Origin: the human T2T-CHM13v2.0 reference genome, Homo sapiens
NCBI RefSeq assembly: GCF_009914755.1
Contig: NC_060936.1
Direction: 5' to 3' (one strand)
Length of the DNA stretch: 64,000 nucleotides
The notes below the pieces were generated by a model. That model was not told where the DNA came from, searched no databases, and was given only the letters and a program-made list of their open reading frames with translations. This document shows positions 16,040-38,780 of this stretch, in pieces (the first letter of the stretch is position 1; the number at the start of each line of letters is the position of its first letter). Both the position numbers and the translations under genes were made by a program.

Positions 16040-16273
16040 TCGACCCACGCACACTTTGTAGGACACACACACACACTCACATACACATGCACAATGGCTG
16101 CTGGACACACTCAGTGCACAGATCCAGCTGTGGGGGTCATTGCAAAGATGCCCAGACACACACACGTGCATGTTTCATGTGGTGCACACCTGATATATAG
16201 AGCTGTTACCAACAGACATGAAGGAATCAGTGGAGTCATTACACACAGATTCACAATGGTGTGCAGGTCATTA

Positions 16274-16315
<42 letters not shown>

Positions 16316-16930
16316 CAGAACCACCAAAAAGAGGATGATGAGGGAGTGAGAAGAACGTTGGAAGCTGTTGTAGGAACAAACCAGCTCAGGGGCCTGACCA
16401 AACCCACTCAAGCCCCGACCCAGAAAACCTAGACCTCTTCCTCTGCTCCCCACAGGCACTCACAATGGACAGCCCACCAGTGCCCCTCTGCCCTCTGGGC
16501 CTAAGACCCGGACTACTGATGTACACACAGAGGAACAGGCATGCACACACACATGCCTTTGAGAAAACACCTATGTGAACACAAACTCACAACAGATGTG
16601 TTCCCCAAACATAATATGCAAAAGCCACATAGGCCTTTCCAACAAGCATGTACACACAACAGTCACTCGGGCGCACAACCATCCCACAAACATATATCCA
16701 TGCAAGACTCTCACACAAGCACATCCAGTGCCAGTCACACAAACACACAACCACCCATGCACTCACACAGACCCATGGATCCATGTACACAACGTAGGAA
16801 GGAGGAATACAAATGCACACACAAATCAAATGCACACGCAAATCAAATGCACACATGAGTTAAATGCACTCACGATGGGGATATGTGTGCACAGACCATG
16901 AGCATGACACACCTTCCTCCCACAGCACGC
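16040..16930. repeat. CA-rich low-complexity region including (CA)~18 at 16276-16312
   Basis: Direct inspection. Similar CA/TG-rich tracts lie at 7680-8010, 13730-13870, 17790-18060, 36960-37050, 46294-46332, 47553-47581 and 54160-54430. Confidence 0.85.
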
Positions 16931-17326
16931 ACCACTGCCCCTCAACCTTCCATCTTGGCACAAACAAGGCCTGGGCTTGCTCCATCAGCTCCATCTCCTC
17001 CATGCCTGAGACAGGCCCTGCCCAACCTGCCCCAGCCTGCTTGAGTGGGGCCCCGCCTGCTCCCAGCACCAGCTGCCAACCCAGCTCAGCACAGGGCAAG
17101 CTGCCCACTGCTCGGGCACGTCGCTGCCCCACCCCCTCCTCCTTAGGCCTGCCATCTCAGCATCTGGGCCTCAGCCTAGGCCGCACCTAGCCCATTTCTG
17201 CAGGTGAGTGGGTAGGCAGGGTGCTTGATCCCCACAGCTGGAGGTGAGGAAAGGGACCAGGCAGTTAAGACCCCACGAGGAAGGGGCAGCCTGGCTCAGA
17301 GCCTCTCACCTCCAACCCTGTGCCTT

Positions 17327-18895
17327 CTTTTTCATTTTTATTTTATTTATTATTTACCTATTCTGAGACAGGGTCTCACTCTGTTGACCAGGCTGAAGTG
17401 CAGTTGTGCGATAGCTGCCTGCAGCCCTGAACTCCTGAGCTGCAGCAATCCTCCTGCCTTAGCCTCTCAAGTAAGCTAGGACTATAGGCACATGCCATCA
17501 TGCCCGACTAATTTTTTAATTTTTAATTTTTCACAGAGACAGGGTCTCACTGTGTTGCCCAGGCTGATCTCAAACTCCTGGCCTCAAGCAATTCTCCCAT
17601 CTCTCAAAGTATTGGGATCATAGGCATGAGCCATCGCACCCAGCCCTTCTCCTTTTTAGGTGGACCCCTCCTCACCAACATTGGGTCCCCACAGGTAACT
17701 TCCTGGTTGCAGTCAGCAAACACATCTAGAACTACAGTTCCACTGTAAACAAGGTATTCTGTCCACACTGCCCCTAACCAACAAACACATCTACACACAC
17801 ACACAGACACACACACACACACACACAGGCTTTCAAGCACACACACCACCACTGGAACAGATACCTAACCAGCACTCCCTGTCACAGGCCCACAGCACAC
17901 AGCCCTGCACGTGCAACTCAATCATATATACTCCCAGCACACCACACGGTGTCCCAAACCCCCATCTCACACATAGTTTCATGCATAGTCCCCATAAAAT
18001 ATGCACAGCTGGACACAGCGTCTCTATGCATGTCTCAACACACAGACTTGCACAGTGTCAGGAGGCTCTTGTCATTGTCCCAAACACAGTCATGCCAGCT
18101 CTGCACTGGGATAGCTGGTTCTGGGGGACAGGTCTTTGCACACTGCCCACCCATTGGCTTTGCAGTTCCAGGACATCGGAGTAGCCTTCGTTTTATCCCT
18201 GCTGCCCCTACCCAAGAGCCATGATAAGCCTGGCTGGGGCAAGGAGCTGCAAAATGTCACTGCCAAAGCCATGCCCTCTCACAGACCAGCCCCTCAGGCA
18301 TGGGGAAGAAAGCAGAAATAAGCCAATGGCTGGTAAGAGCTCAAAACCGTAGAAGCCCTATGGCACCTGAGGTGGACCTGGGAAGAGGACACATAAACCC
18401 TTGAGCCTGCTGGCCCAGGAGGGAGCTGTGCAAGGGCCGGGCAGACCCAGGAGGGAGCTGTTCAAGGGCCCGGCAGACCCAGGTGCTGGAGTAGTAGGGG
18501 CAATGACGGTGGCAGGAAAGTCATCAGAGATAGGGCCTGAGGTTAAAAAGCAGTAACACCCCTAGAGCAACTCAGGGCAGGCCAGGCCCTTGGAGGGCGC
18601 CAGACTCTCCTCCCTGTGCCCTTCCCCCTCCGCCTTTCAGCTTAGGAGTCAGGCAGCAGGTGTTCAAAATGCTCCCACTAGCCTGGGCGACGTGGTCAGA
18701 ACTTGTCTGTACAAAAAATAAATAAAAATTAGCCAGGCAGGGTGGCACACATCTGTGGTCCCAGCTACTCAGGAGGCTGAAGTGGGAGGATCACTTGAGC
18801 TGGGGAAGTTGAAGCTGCAGCTGCAGTGAGCCTTGGTCACACCACTGCACTCCAGCCTGGACAACAGAACGAGACCCTGTCTGGAAAAAAAAAAA
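17327..18895. mobile_element. Two old AluJ-type copies: minus about 17327-17645; partial plus about 18677-18895
   Basis: Diverged Alu consensus matches. Confidence 0.85.
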
Positions 18896-20096
18896 ATGCA
18901 GCTCTCACTGGGACTCCTGGGGGCTGACTCTGCTCTGCTTCCTGACATGAGTGCTGGTAGCATGATCTGTTCAGTTTGTGAAACTTCATCACACTGTAGA
19001 CTTATGACTTGAGTACTTCTCTCTATGTATGTTACACTTCCATGAAAATTGTTTTTGTTTTAAATAAATCTCCCCGTGTGTATGAAGCTCCACATCTTTC
19101 TGGGTTGGTGTGCACATGTCTGTCTGTGCCTGTCTGTACCTGTCTGCGCCTATGCACATACAATCTCCCATAGGAATTATTCCTTGTCTCTGGTGCCTGA
19201 GGCCCTCCATATGTGCACCCGACAGTACACACACGCGCACACGCATGCACACACCCACAGCCCCCTGCCTGCGTGTCTTCCCTCCATGATGGCAAGGCTG
19301 CCGCTGCAGAGGGTGGGGAGGGAATGTAGTAAGGCCTTTCTTTCATTTAACAGCAGATATTTACAACCATCTGCTCTGTGCCAGGCACGGGGATACAGAA
19401 GCATTCCAGTCAGACTGGGCCCTGGCCAAGCTCACCGTCTGCTGGGGAGGCTGTGGTGTGGTGAGAAGGGCCCTGTGGGGTAGCACAGGGTAGGGGGAGC
19501 CCAGCCTCGGAGGGGCAGGGACGGCTTCCAGAGGAGGAAATCCTAACTAAATTGGGAAGATGAAAGGCTCACAAGTGGATGGGTCAGCCATAGGAGGTGC
19601 ATTGCAGGCAGGGGGACAGCAGGCACAGGGGCTAAGGGTGTGAGGGGGTGCGACTTCCTCAGGGAACCCCCAGGGGATTCAGCTGCCTGAGTGGAAGGCC
19701 ACGGCAGAGGTGACTTCAGCGGGGTCAGGCGGGCCTGGAGTGCCAAGCTCAGGGGCTTGTGTGTCTCCAAGGCAGGGTTTGGGCCAGGCTGGGACATGAT
19801 TGGGATCAACTGGAAGGAGTGCTGTGGAGGAAGGCGCACTGAACTGAGAGTGAGGACACGGAAGTTCTCACCCTGGCTCTGCCCGATGCTGCCCAGCTCC
19901 CCTCTCTGAGCCTCCAAAACGACAGCGTGCTGCACCTCGGAGCCGCTGGCTCACAGGCGGCTGCTTTCTCCTGGGGCCTGTCTGCTGCCGGCTTGCCTGT
20001 CCTCCTGGGTCCTGCCCACGCGCTTCTGCCCCCAGGCCCGTGCAGGCGTGGACCTCCCGCGAGGGCCTCAGCAGTCTCCAGGACAGAGAGTGGAAC

Positions 20097-20164
20097 CCGC
20101 CACCTGCTGGAAAGGCCGGAGCCGGCGCAGAGCTAGCGCGGGGCAATGTGGCGCCCTCTGCGGG
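20097..20164 (-). promoter_or_regulatory. Two tandem CTCF-like motifs in a GC/CpG-rich patch
   Basis: Minus strand CCAGCAGGTGGCGG (20097-20110) and CCCGCAGAGGGCGCCA (20149-20164) fit the CCASYAGRKGGCRS core. Confidence 0.65.
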
Positions 20165-20969
20165 GAGCCCCTGCTGCCTCGCGCCGGCACTCAAACCTCC
20201 AGTACACAGTGCAGTGGAGGGCACACCAGCAGCAGCACGCCTGTCTCACCCTGCTCCTCAGTGCCCTCCGCCCTCAGCTCCCCCCACCCACCCCCCACCA
20301 TGGCCCCTGCGTTGCCAAGGGCACAGGGCATAGGAGGACGTGGACTGATCCACCCCAAGCTCCGCTCACCAAGTCATGCCCTAGCCTACATTTCCCATGA
20401 GGATGGGAGCTTCCTCTGATTTGCACAAAGCCACCCTGTCGGTTAGTGGTGGCCTGCAACGCAACAGCCTCCCAAGTCAGCCTCCTGGGATAGGGAGGAT
20501 GTAGTGAGGGGGTGGGAGGGTGTGCAGGCTCGGCTTCCAGAAGCCGGGAGAGCAGTTTCTTTCCCTGCTCCTCTGCTGCCTCCTAGTGGATATCTGATGT
20601 CTCTCCGGTTTGCACAAATCCATCCCGCTTCGGTCAATCCTAGCCGTCTTGGTGCCCATTCTTCAGAAGTTCAAGCAGGCTGACAGCAGGCTGCAGGGAA
20701 AGAGGATAATCTACGGCTGCCCACGCTTCTCTGTGTCCCTTGGGTCCCCAGCACAGCACTGTCCCCCAGTGCCAATACTGGATTCTCAAAGTCTAGAAAT
20801 GAAGGCAGAAGCTGGTGTTGGAGATTTTGCCCCTTTAATCAGCTGCACCTCAATCCCCTCTGTGCTGGCTCAGGTTCTTATGCTGCAGGAATCAAGGCGA
20901 GCCTTGCCTCTCTGGCCTCGGTCTCTCTGCTGTGTTTCCTGTGGCTTGTTTGATTTTGTTCAGGACAGG

Positions 20970-21942
<973 letters not shown>

Positions 21943-22117
21943 CCTCTGTTCCTACCTTGTTTGGATTTTGTGAGATTCCATCTTGAGCCTGGAGAACGGT
22001 ACATGTATGTGCTTCCTGCACTGAGTAAAAGAGAACCATTCAAAGGAGGGGAAATTGAAGAGGAAAACTAGTAGACAGTATTGGGGTTACAAACGTGAGC
22101 CACCCCGTCCCTGGCCG

Positions 22118-22410
<293 letters not shown>

Positions 22411-22569
22411 TAAAGAGGCTGCCTCAGACCTGATCCCAACATTTGAGGAACCAGGAAAAGGTGCAAAAGGAGAGCCATAGTTCCCAGCTCTTCTCACCTC
22501 AGCTCCTTCCTGCAGGCCAGGGGCCTGGCACACAAGTCTGTGGATGCCCCAGCTGCTCTTCCAAGTGCT

Positions 22570-23425
<856 letters not shown>

Positions 23426-23665
23426 TCTAGACACCCCTAATTCTCACCCCAGCTGCCCCAGGACTAATAGTATGCAGGAAGTGGGGCATGGGGAAGAAGT
23501 CCAAGCAGCTCCTGGAAGAATGCTTAGGCCATTTGGACAGGACTTCAGGACACAGGCCCTTTCTGGGCGTGTGCACTCCCTGGGCCCCTCGGATTTCTCA
23601 CCCGGGGGGAAGAGCAAAGCCGGAGGAGAAACAGAAAATTAAACCACACTTGTGTCTACATTTCA

Positions 23666-24400
<735 letters not shown>

Positions 24401-24500
24401 ATAATGTCTGTCTGCATTTTCTTATAGACTTACTTTGTTCTTTTACCTTAGCTGCCTGCCCCCATTGGCATCTAAGATTTTTATTCCCTTGGCCAAAAAA

Positions 24501-24540
<40 letters not shown>

Positions 24541-24562
24541 AAAAAACCAAGGTCTTATATTC

Positions 24563-25327
<765 letters not shown>

Positions 25328-25454
25328 AGTCTTACTGTTTTAATAAATACCCAAAAGTAGACGGAGCTGGAAGGAAATGTAGTGTCAGGGGACCACCTGG
25401 AAGCCAGGAGACGGTGGCACTGCGGGGTGTTTGGCTGGACACTCCCCACAATGC

Positions 25455-25470
25455 CCTCCAGGGGGCGCCA
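25455..25470 (+). promoter_or_regulatory. CTCF-like motif (forward)
   Basis: CCTCCAGGGGGCGCCA, a near-consensus CTCF core with an intact CpG. Confidence 0.65.
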
Positions 25471-25949
25471 GGAGCCTGGATAAAGAGACCCGCAGGAGCA
25501 AAGGTGGTGACTGTCTCCCTCTCCACCCCAAGGCAGGCCCAACCAGCATGGTCCCACTCGGGTCCTCTCCTCCAAGCCTGCAAGTTTCTCCTAAGTTAGA
25601 AGCGTCTGGGCAGGAAAAATAATCTGGAAAAAGCTCAGGTTTAGAGCCCTTTGTTCTGATCCATGCGGCCACCAAATAGCTAGGCAACCCTGAGAGTCTG
25701 CCCCTCCGGGGCCTATAAAATGGGGTTTTAATCGGCCTCACAGGGCACATGTGTGGATCAAACAAGGCAGAGCCTTCCTGAGTGCTTTGGAAACTGAAAC
25801 CCAATACAGACATGAGGAGGAAAACCTGAATGGAGCTCTTTCCTGGCTGGAACCATGGAGGTGTCCTGGAAAAACCTGAGCTTTTTTCCATATTATTTTG
25901 CCTGCCTGAGAAAGAAGTTTGCCCAAACGATGCTTCAAAAGGCAAGGAG

Positions 25950-26256
25950 AGCCAAGCTCAGTGACTCACACCTGTAATCCCAGCACTTTGGGAGGCTGAG
26001 GCGGGCCGATCACCTGAGGTCAGGAGTTCAAGACCAGCCTAGCCAACATGGAGAAACCTCATCTCTACTAAAAATACAAAAATTAGCCAGGCGTGGTAGC
26101 AGGCACCTGTGATCCCAGCTACTCGGGAGGCTGAGGCATGAGAATTGCCTGAACTCGGGAGGCAGAAGTTGCAGTAAGCCAACAGCACACCATTGCACTC
26201 TAGCCTGGGAAACAAGAGCAAGACTCTGTCTCAAAAAAAAAAAAAGAAAGAAAGAA
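25950..26256 (+). mobile_element. AluS inserted in the RPL7 pseudogene coding part
   Basis: TSD aaaggc(a/g)aggag duplicates RPL7 codons on both sides. Confidence 0.93.
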
Positions 26257-26886
26257 AGGCGAGGAGGAAGCTTATCTATGGAAAAGTGAAGCACTATCAC
26301 AAGGAATATAGGCAGATAGATAGAACTGTGAGATTCAACTGGCTCAGATGGCAAGCAAAGCTGGCAACCTCTATGTACCTGCAGAACCCAACCAAGTTGG
26401 CGGTCATCAGAATCAGAGGTATCAATGTGTGAGCCCACAGGACCAAAAGGTATTGCAACTTTTTCACCTTTGTCAAATCTTCAATGGAAGCTTTGTGAAG
26501 CTCAACAAGGCTTCCACTAACATGCTGAGGATTGTAGAACCATATATTGCATGGGGGTACCCAAATATGAAGTCAGTAAATGAACTAATCTGTAAGTGTG
26601 GTTATGACAAAATTAATAAGAAGTGAGCTGCCTTGACAGAGAACACTTTGATTGCTTGATCTCTTGGTAAATACAGCATCATCTGCATGGAGGTTCTGAT
26701 TCATGAGATCTATACTGTTGGAAAACTCTTCAAAAAAGCAAATAACTTCCTGTGGCCCTTCAAATTATCCTCTCCATGAGGTGGAATGAAGAAAAAGACC
26801 ACCCATTTTGTAGAAAATGAATGTTGGCAACAGGGAAGACTACATCAATAGGCTTATTAGAAGGATGAACTAAGGGTCCACCATAA

Positions 26887-27160
<274 letters not shown>

Positions 27161-27693
27161 TACCTTGATTATTTTTCTAATCTGGTCAATTAATAAACAG
27201 TTCCTGCTTTCAAAATGAAAAAAAGAAAAAGAAAACCTGAATAGAGGTTATGGAAAGTGAATGTGCTGCCCTGGGGTGGGTGAGGGACACAGAAGGGGTC
27301 AGAGAGATAGTTCATCTCGAAGGGGATCCTAAGGGAAAGAGCATGCATCTTTATTTATAGTTTGCAAAACATCTCTACGTGCATCACCTTAATAAACATT
27401 ACTGCCTTTAATCCTCATGAACACACTGCAATCTGATTGTCCCCATTTCACTGGCAGCAAACTGAAGTTCAGAGCAGGGAGGCAACATCCTCAGGGTCAT
27501 AGATCCTGTGTGACTGGCAGAGCCAGGGTGCCCACCTAGGTCTTCTGCCCCCTCACCCAGGGCTTATCCCACTGTGCTGACTTTAATCATGTGTCCCTTG
27601 CAGAGGATGCCAGGGCCCATCTTCCTGAAACTGCTCCCATCAACTCCCTTCCTTATTCCCCATGCCTCAAGAAAAACAAAAAAAGAAAAACAG

Positions 27694-30686
<2,993 letters not shown>

Positions 30687-31256
30687 TTATTTGATAATTT
30701 TTATTGACCACCTACTATGTACCTGGCACTCTGCTAAACACTGAAGAATCAGTGGAGAACCAAGCAGATATGGTGTGTCCCTGCCCTCATGGAGCTTACA
30801 GTGTATGGGGAAAGGCTGATATTAATAAAATACCTCTGCAGATGAATGAGTGACTGTAATTTACAAGGAGAAAATACAGGGTGCCTTGGGAACTTATCAT
30901 AGAAACATGCCACTCAGTTTGTGGTGTCTAGAAGACTTTCTTGTCTTGTGGTGTCATAAAACTTTTTGTCTTGTCTTGTGGTGTCAGAAGACTTTCTTGG
31001 GGAAGCTGCGTTTGAGCGGAAAGCTTGGGAGTGACTAGGAAAGGCAGGGTGTTCCAAGCAGGGGGCCAGCCATGCAATGCCCTGAGCAGAAGCAAATTCC
31101 ATGTAGGCTATGCCCTGAAAAGCCTGCACCACTGCATCAGAGAGCAAGGGACAGAGTGGCCAGGATGAAGCCTCAGAGGAGGAAGAGTAGGCACAGCCTG
31201 TGGGCCAAGTCAAGATTTAGGGCTTTATTCTGGGTGTCAAAAGTAAAGGGTTTTCC

Positions 31257-31579
31257 CATCATTCTGAGCAAACTATTGCAAGGGCAGAAAACCAAACACC
31301 GCATGTTCTCACTCATAGGTGGGAATTGAACAATGAGAACACTTAGACACAGGGTGGGGAACATCACACACCAGGGCCTGTCGTGGGGTGGGGGTAGAGG
31401 GGAGGGATAGCATTAGGAGATATACCTAATGTAAATGAAGAGTTAACGAGTTAACGGGTGCAGCACACCAACATGGCACATGTATACATATGTAACAAAC
31501 CTGCATGTTGTGCACATGTACCCTAGAACTTAAAGTATAATAAAAAATAAAGAAAGAAAAGAAAAAAGTAAAATAAAAA
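31257..31579 (+). mobile_element. 5'-truncated L1PA (about L1PA4-5) 3' end with TSD
   Basis: catcattctgagcaaactat..gcatgttctcactcataggtgggaattgaacaatgagaacac..ccctagaacttaaagtataataa; TSD taaagggttttcc at 31244-31256 and 31580-31592. Confidence 0.93.
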
Positions 31580-31644
31580 TAAAGGGTTTTCCATATAAGG
31601 AAGTAACTGAATCTGATTCATATTTTTGAGAATGCACTCTGATT

Positions 31645-32275
<631 letters not shown>

Positions 32276-32363
32276 GCACTCTGGCAAGGGGCCCAAGTGA
32301 ACCTTCTGTGATATAGGAAATGTTCTACATTACAGGTGTGAACATAAGTTAAAACTCATCAGG

Positions 32364-32668
<305 letters not shown>

Positions 32669-33514
32669 ACTCATCAGGTTGTACATTCCCCATTAAAGCA
32701 CATTTTGCATTTTATTGTATGTACAATATGCCTCAGCAAGGAGAAAACAAAGGGACCTGTGATTGGCCAAGGCTGGCCCATTGTGAACCCTGTGTGCCTG
32801 GACAGAGGTCCTGTGATCTTAGGAGGAACAGTTCCTGAAAAGAAGTGGGGCGTGGCAGGAGTGGAGGTGGGGGAGCTTTGCATTACTAGAAGAAGGGGGA
32901 AGGGGTCCTGGCTAGACAAAGCAACTATGCCCACCACAATGTGTAAAAGGGCAGCGCGGAGAGTGAACTAGGGGGCCACCCACCATGCTGGTATCCTTCC
33001 CTGCCTTCCTTTCCTTGCAGTGGTGCTTCCTCTTCCTTTCCCAACAGGTAGAATCTATGATATATAATTACGTAGGGACATGCATGCACACATTTCTATC
33101 TATCCTTCATGAAGGGTATGTACTGTCCGCATTGTCACATGCCTTGCTTTAACATTCACTCCTCCATTCCCACCACCTTACACTCCAGTCAGCCTGGCCC
33201 TCGGTCCTTAGCCCACCTTCAGATCCCGCTACTACAGGGGAGCTCCTAGACCACCTTAGCCCAGATCAGCGGGCAGGCAGAGCAAAACCTTGGAATTAAA
33301 ATATCTTCAGAAGAGTCCACAAATGCTTGGAAGACTCATCATTTTAATCCTGGGTGGTTGGGTCGGGAAAGGCAGGGTGGAGGGAAGTGGGGGATAATGG
33401 CTGGCTCATCTGGAATAGTCAAACAGGAACCTTCTTCTACACATGTAAATTTTCTAAAAAACTAAAATTCAGTCCCATAGGAAATCAAGCTTTAAAAACA
33501 AAAAGTCTACTAAA

Positions 33515-35675
<2,161 letters not shown>

Positions 35676-37759
35676 TCAGGACACCACTTACATAAGCTTA
35701 GACTGATTCTACCTCCATGAATGGGGTTTTAAGTCCTGCCTCACAGGATCGTTGGAGACTTGAAATGAGATGACACACAAGCAGGTGAAATGGATATTTA
35801 AGAAATGTCAGCTCCTGTCCTTCCTAAGTTTCCTCATCTAAATGACCATTGGATTTCCAGCTCTTCTGTCTGTGTAGTTTCTGAAAGATAAATGGGAGGG
35901 ATGGTGTCCCCTTAATGCTGGGTGACCTTGATCCCATGGTAGATGCACCAGAACCTGGAAGGAGCAAGCAGGGAGGGAGGGAAAGGGAATTCTCCCTGGA
36001 GCCATCCTGCCTTTCCCTGAGCAAACACCCAGGGCGTGGAAACTCCCAGGAGACTATCTGGTGGGGCCCCCGGCTGCCCCCAGCATGCCTGCTTCTGGGA
36101 ACAGGGCCAGATAAGACAGGTGACTGGCTTCAGGGAGGATTGGGAGGGGCACAATTGAAAATATTGACTTAGGGCACCCATGGTAAGAGATCCTTCTCAC
36201 TGGGTGCTGTGACTGCGCTGGGCTCTTACACCACCCACCTGATTCTTGCTGAGGGCCAGGCTACATGTGAGCAGAAGGCAGAAGGTTGGTATTGTTTCAT
36301 GAAATTTTTGTTTCAGTTATATATATGTATATATACATATTTGCAGGTGGTGATAAAATGAATTTCTTACTGTGGACCACTGCCAAAATAGATCCCCTGC
36401 TCTGGATAATGGTGCTGTTAATGAGTACTACCAAAGAGTGAGATCCTCTAAGGTGACAGTGTGCAAATCCCTGGGCCTGGCCCTGGGGCTGGGTGGGAGG
36501 GGTTGGCGGTGGGGGGTTCCTGGGCTCAGTCTGGAAGCCCAGCTCCATCGATGTGGGTAGCTAGGGAGGCGCTGTGTGGTAGTTAGGGAGGTGCAGAGAT
36601 GGGGCCCTCAGAGGGGAGCCCAGGGGCTGGGAAGCTGAGGACCCAGAGACAGGAGCCCTAGAGAGAGACCCCACAGCAGAGCCTGACAGGAGCTTCCTGC
36701 ACCAGCCTGTCCCCACTCACAGTACCCTCTGCCTGTCTCTGTCTAATCTCCATTGGTGTTTCAGAAAGTCTGGAAATGCCCCCATCTCAGTCGAGCTAAG
36801 GGCTTGTGCACTTAGCCCAATGCTGAATGGACAGGGTGGCTGCCTGGAACTCTGTGCTTGTGGCAGTGGAGCAGGACTGTGGGGAGGCACTGCCCCACCC
36901 AGCTGTGTCCTAACCCCTCCTGCCCTGAACCTTGGAGGTTGTCTCAAGAGTCAGTCAGACCCCTTCACACACTGTGCACACCCATGCACACACAGTACAC
37001 CCTCCACATGCAAACACAGAATGCACACACACCCTTTATATCATACACACAGCTTGTAAAAAGGATAGGAAGGGGGTGGTGGCTGTGACTGAGTGGAGTG
37101 GGGAAGGGCCAAGTCCCATACAATCCTAGCTTCTAGAAATTGTGGGTATGACACACCCAATGGCTGAGAATAGACTCTGAACCTCTGAGGGGATGGGAAA
37201 GCCAGGATGCCTTAGTCCCTGACTGCAAAGATTGAAGGTGATAAAAAGACATGTCTGGCCACAAGGAAAGGCCATGTGCCTGGCCAAGGAGGAGTACAAG
37301 CCTGAGAGCTGGACAGCTCTGGGTTCCAATGCCAAATCTGCTAGTTTCTAGATGAGCCAACTACTTGGCTTCTCTGAGCCTGGCTTTCCTTATATGCAGA
37401 TAGTCCTGATGCCAAGGTGTAGGGGAAGCACACTAAGCTCTCTGCTGATAATGCCCTCAAAAACTTGCTCTGCCTGCCTCTTGGGCCTTGCTGCACAGAT
37501 CACATGAACCTTGGTATTTGAAAGCACACTGTAAACCAGAAAGCACTGTGCACAGGTCAATGACTATTATACAGGTGTAGGTATCTATGGCAACAAGCAA
37601 GGTTTCAACCAGGTTTCAATAAAGGAGCCTCTTTAGGAACAGCTGAGGGGGTCAGACTTTCCCGCTGTGCACCCCCTGCTTCCTGGACCCCTCCCAGCTT
37701 CTCAGTCCCAAGAAGAGGCCTCCTGACCACCTCCCTCCCACCCCAGTGGACATCAGATG

Positions 37760-37803
37760 CACACACAAGCAAGGACATTGGCAGAGCTAGCTGAGGTTTT
37801 ATT
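37760..37803 (-). terminator. KRT8: KRT8 polyadenylation signal and downstream GU-rich element
   Basis: AATAAA (plus-strand tttatt at 37798-37803) about 210 nt after the stop, followed by tgtccttgcttgtgtgtg on the sense strand. Confidence 0.9.
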
Positions 37804-38014
37804 TTGGACCAAAAAAAAAAAGCAATTGAATTGTTTTGTAGCTGGAGGCATGGGCAAGGGGGGTCCCCAGGTAGTAAACTCCCCAGGTGGGCTGAGGGCT
37901 AGGGCTGAGCCTCAGGTGGGTCTCCTGTTCCCAGTGCTACCCTGCATAGCGGCCTCCTTCCCAGGCTCTGGGGCAGCGCAGGAGGGGTAGGCTGGGAGGG
38001 GCTGCCGCAGCTGT

Positions 38015-38205
38015 TCACTTGGGCAGGACGTCAGAGGACTCAGACACCAGCTTCCCATCACGTGTCTCGATCTTCTTCACAACCACGGCCCTGGAGGAGC
38101 TGGTGCGGCTGAAGGAGCTGGAGCCCGCGCCAGAGCCAAAGCTGGAGCCCAGGCTGTAGCTGAGGCCGGGGCTTGTGAGGCCCCCATAGGCCGAGCTCAG
38201 ACCAC
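38015..38205 (-). CDS. KRT8: Keratin 8 coding exon 8 (tail domain to TGA)
   Basis: accag|GTGGTC; GLSSAYGGLTSPGLSYSLG...KKIETRDGKLVSESSDVLPK*; stop at 38015-38017. Confidence 0.99.
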
Positions 38206-38489
38206 CTGGTGAGGGACAGAGGTAGCCACATGAGTACAGAAGCCCACCCCATGGCAGGCTCTATGCCCCTTCTCCCTGCTCACTCCCAACATAGCCCCAG
38301 GGATGGGAGGTTAACCCAGCTCTGCCTGATCAGTGATTGCATGGTTCACTACTCCAGAACTGTCAGGGAAAACCAGGAGCAGGGTGGGAAACAGCTGCCA
38401 TATATATAGCTGTGTGACCTTGGACATTTAGCTGCACCTCAGCTTCCTCAACTGAAGACGTTTACAGGTGTCATATAAAAAATAAATTA

Positions 38490-38780
38490 CAGCCAGGCCC
38501 AGTGTCTCATGCCTGTAATCCCAGCACTGATCACAAGGTCAGGAGTTCGAGACCAGCCTGCCCAACACAGTGAAACCCCGTCTCTACTAAAAATACAAAA
38601 ATTAGCTGGGCATGGTGGTATGCACCTGTAGTCCCAGCTACTTGGGAGGCCTGAGGCAGGAGAATCTCTTGAACCCAGGAGGTGGAGGTTACAGGGAGCT
38701 GAGATCACGCCACTGCACTCCAGCTTGGGTGACAGAGCGAGACTTCGTCTCAAAAAAATTAAATTAAATTAATAAATAAA
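38490..38780 (+). mobile_element. Alu in KRT8 intron 7 (antisense to KRT8)
   Basis: Alu consensus with a short left-arm deletion; TSD-like aataaattaca on both sides. Confidence 0.92.

Noticed and set aside
24496-24546. (TAAA)n tract with no adjacent Alu body
   Set aside because: An ordinary microsatellite; no TSD or element body to support a distinct insertion.
26348-26626. RPL7-like ORF as a functional retrogene
   Set aside because: 5' deletion, an Alu in the coding region, frameshifts and premature stops.
37618-37623. Plus-strand AATAAA near the KRT8 3' end
   Set aside because: A lone hexamer with no supporting plus-strand gene structure.
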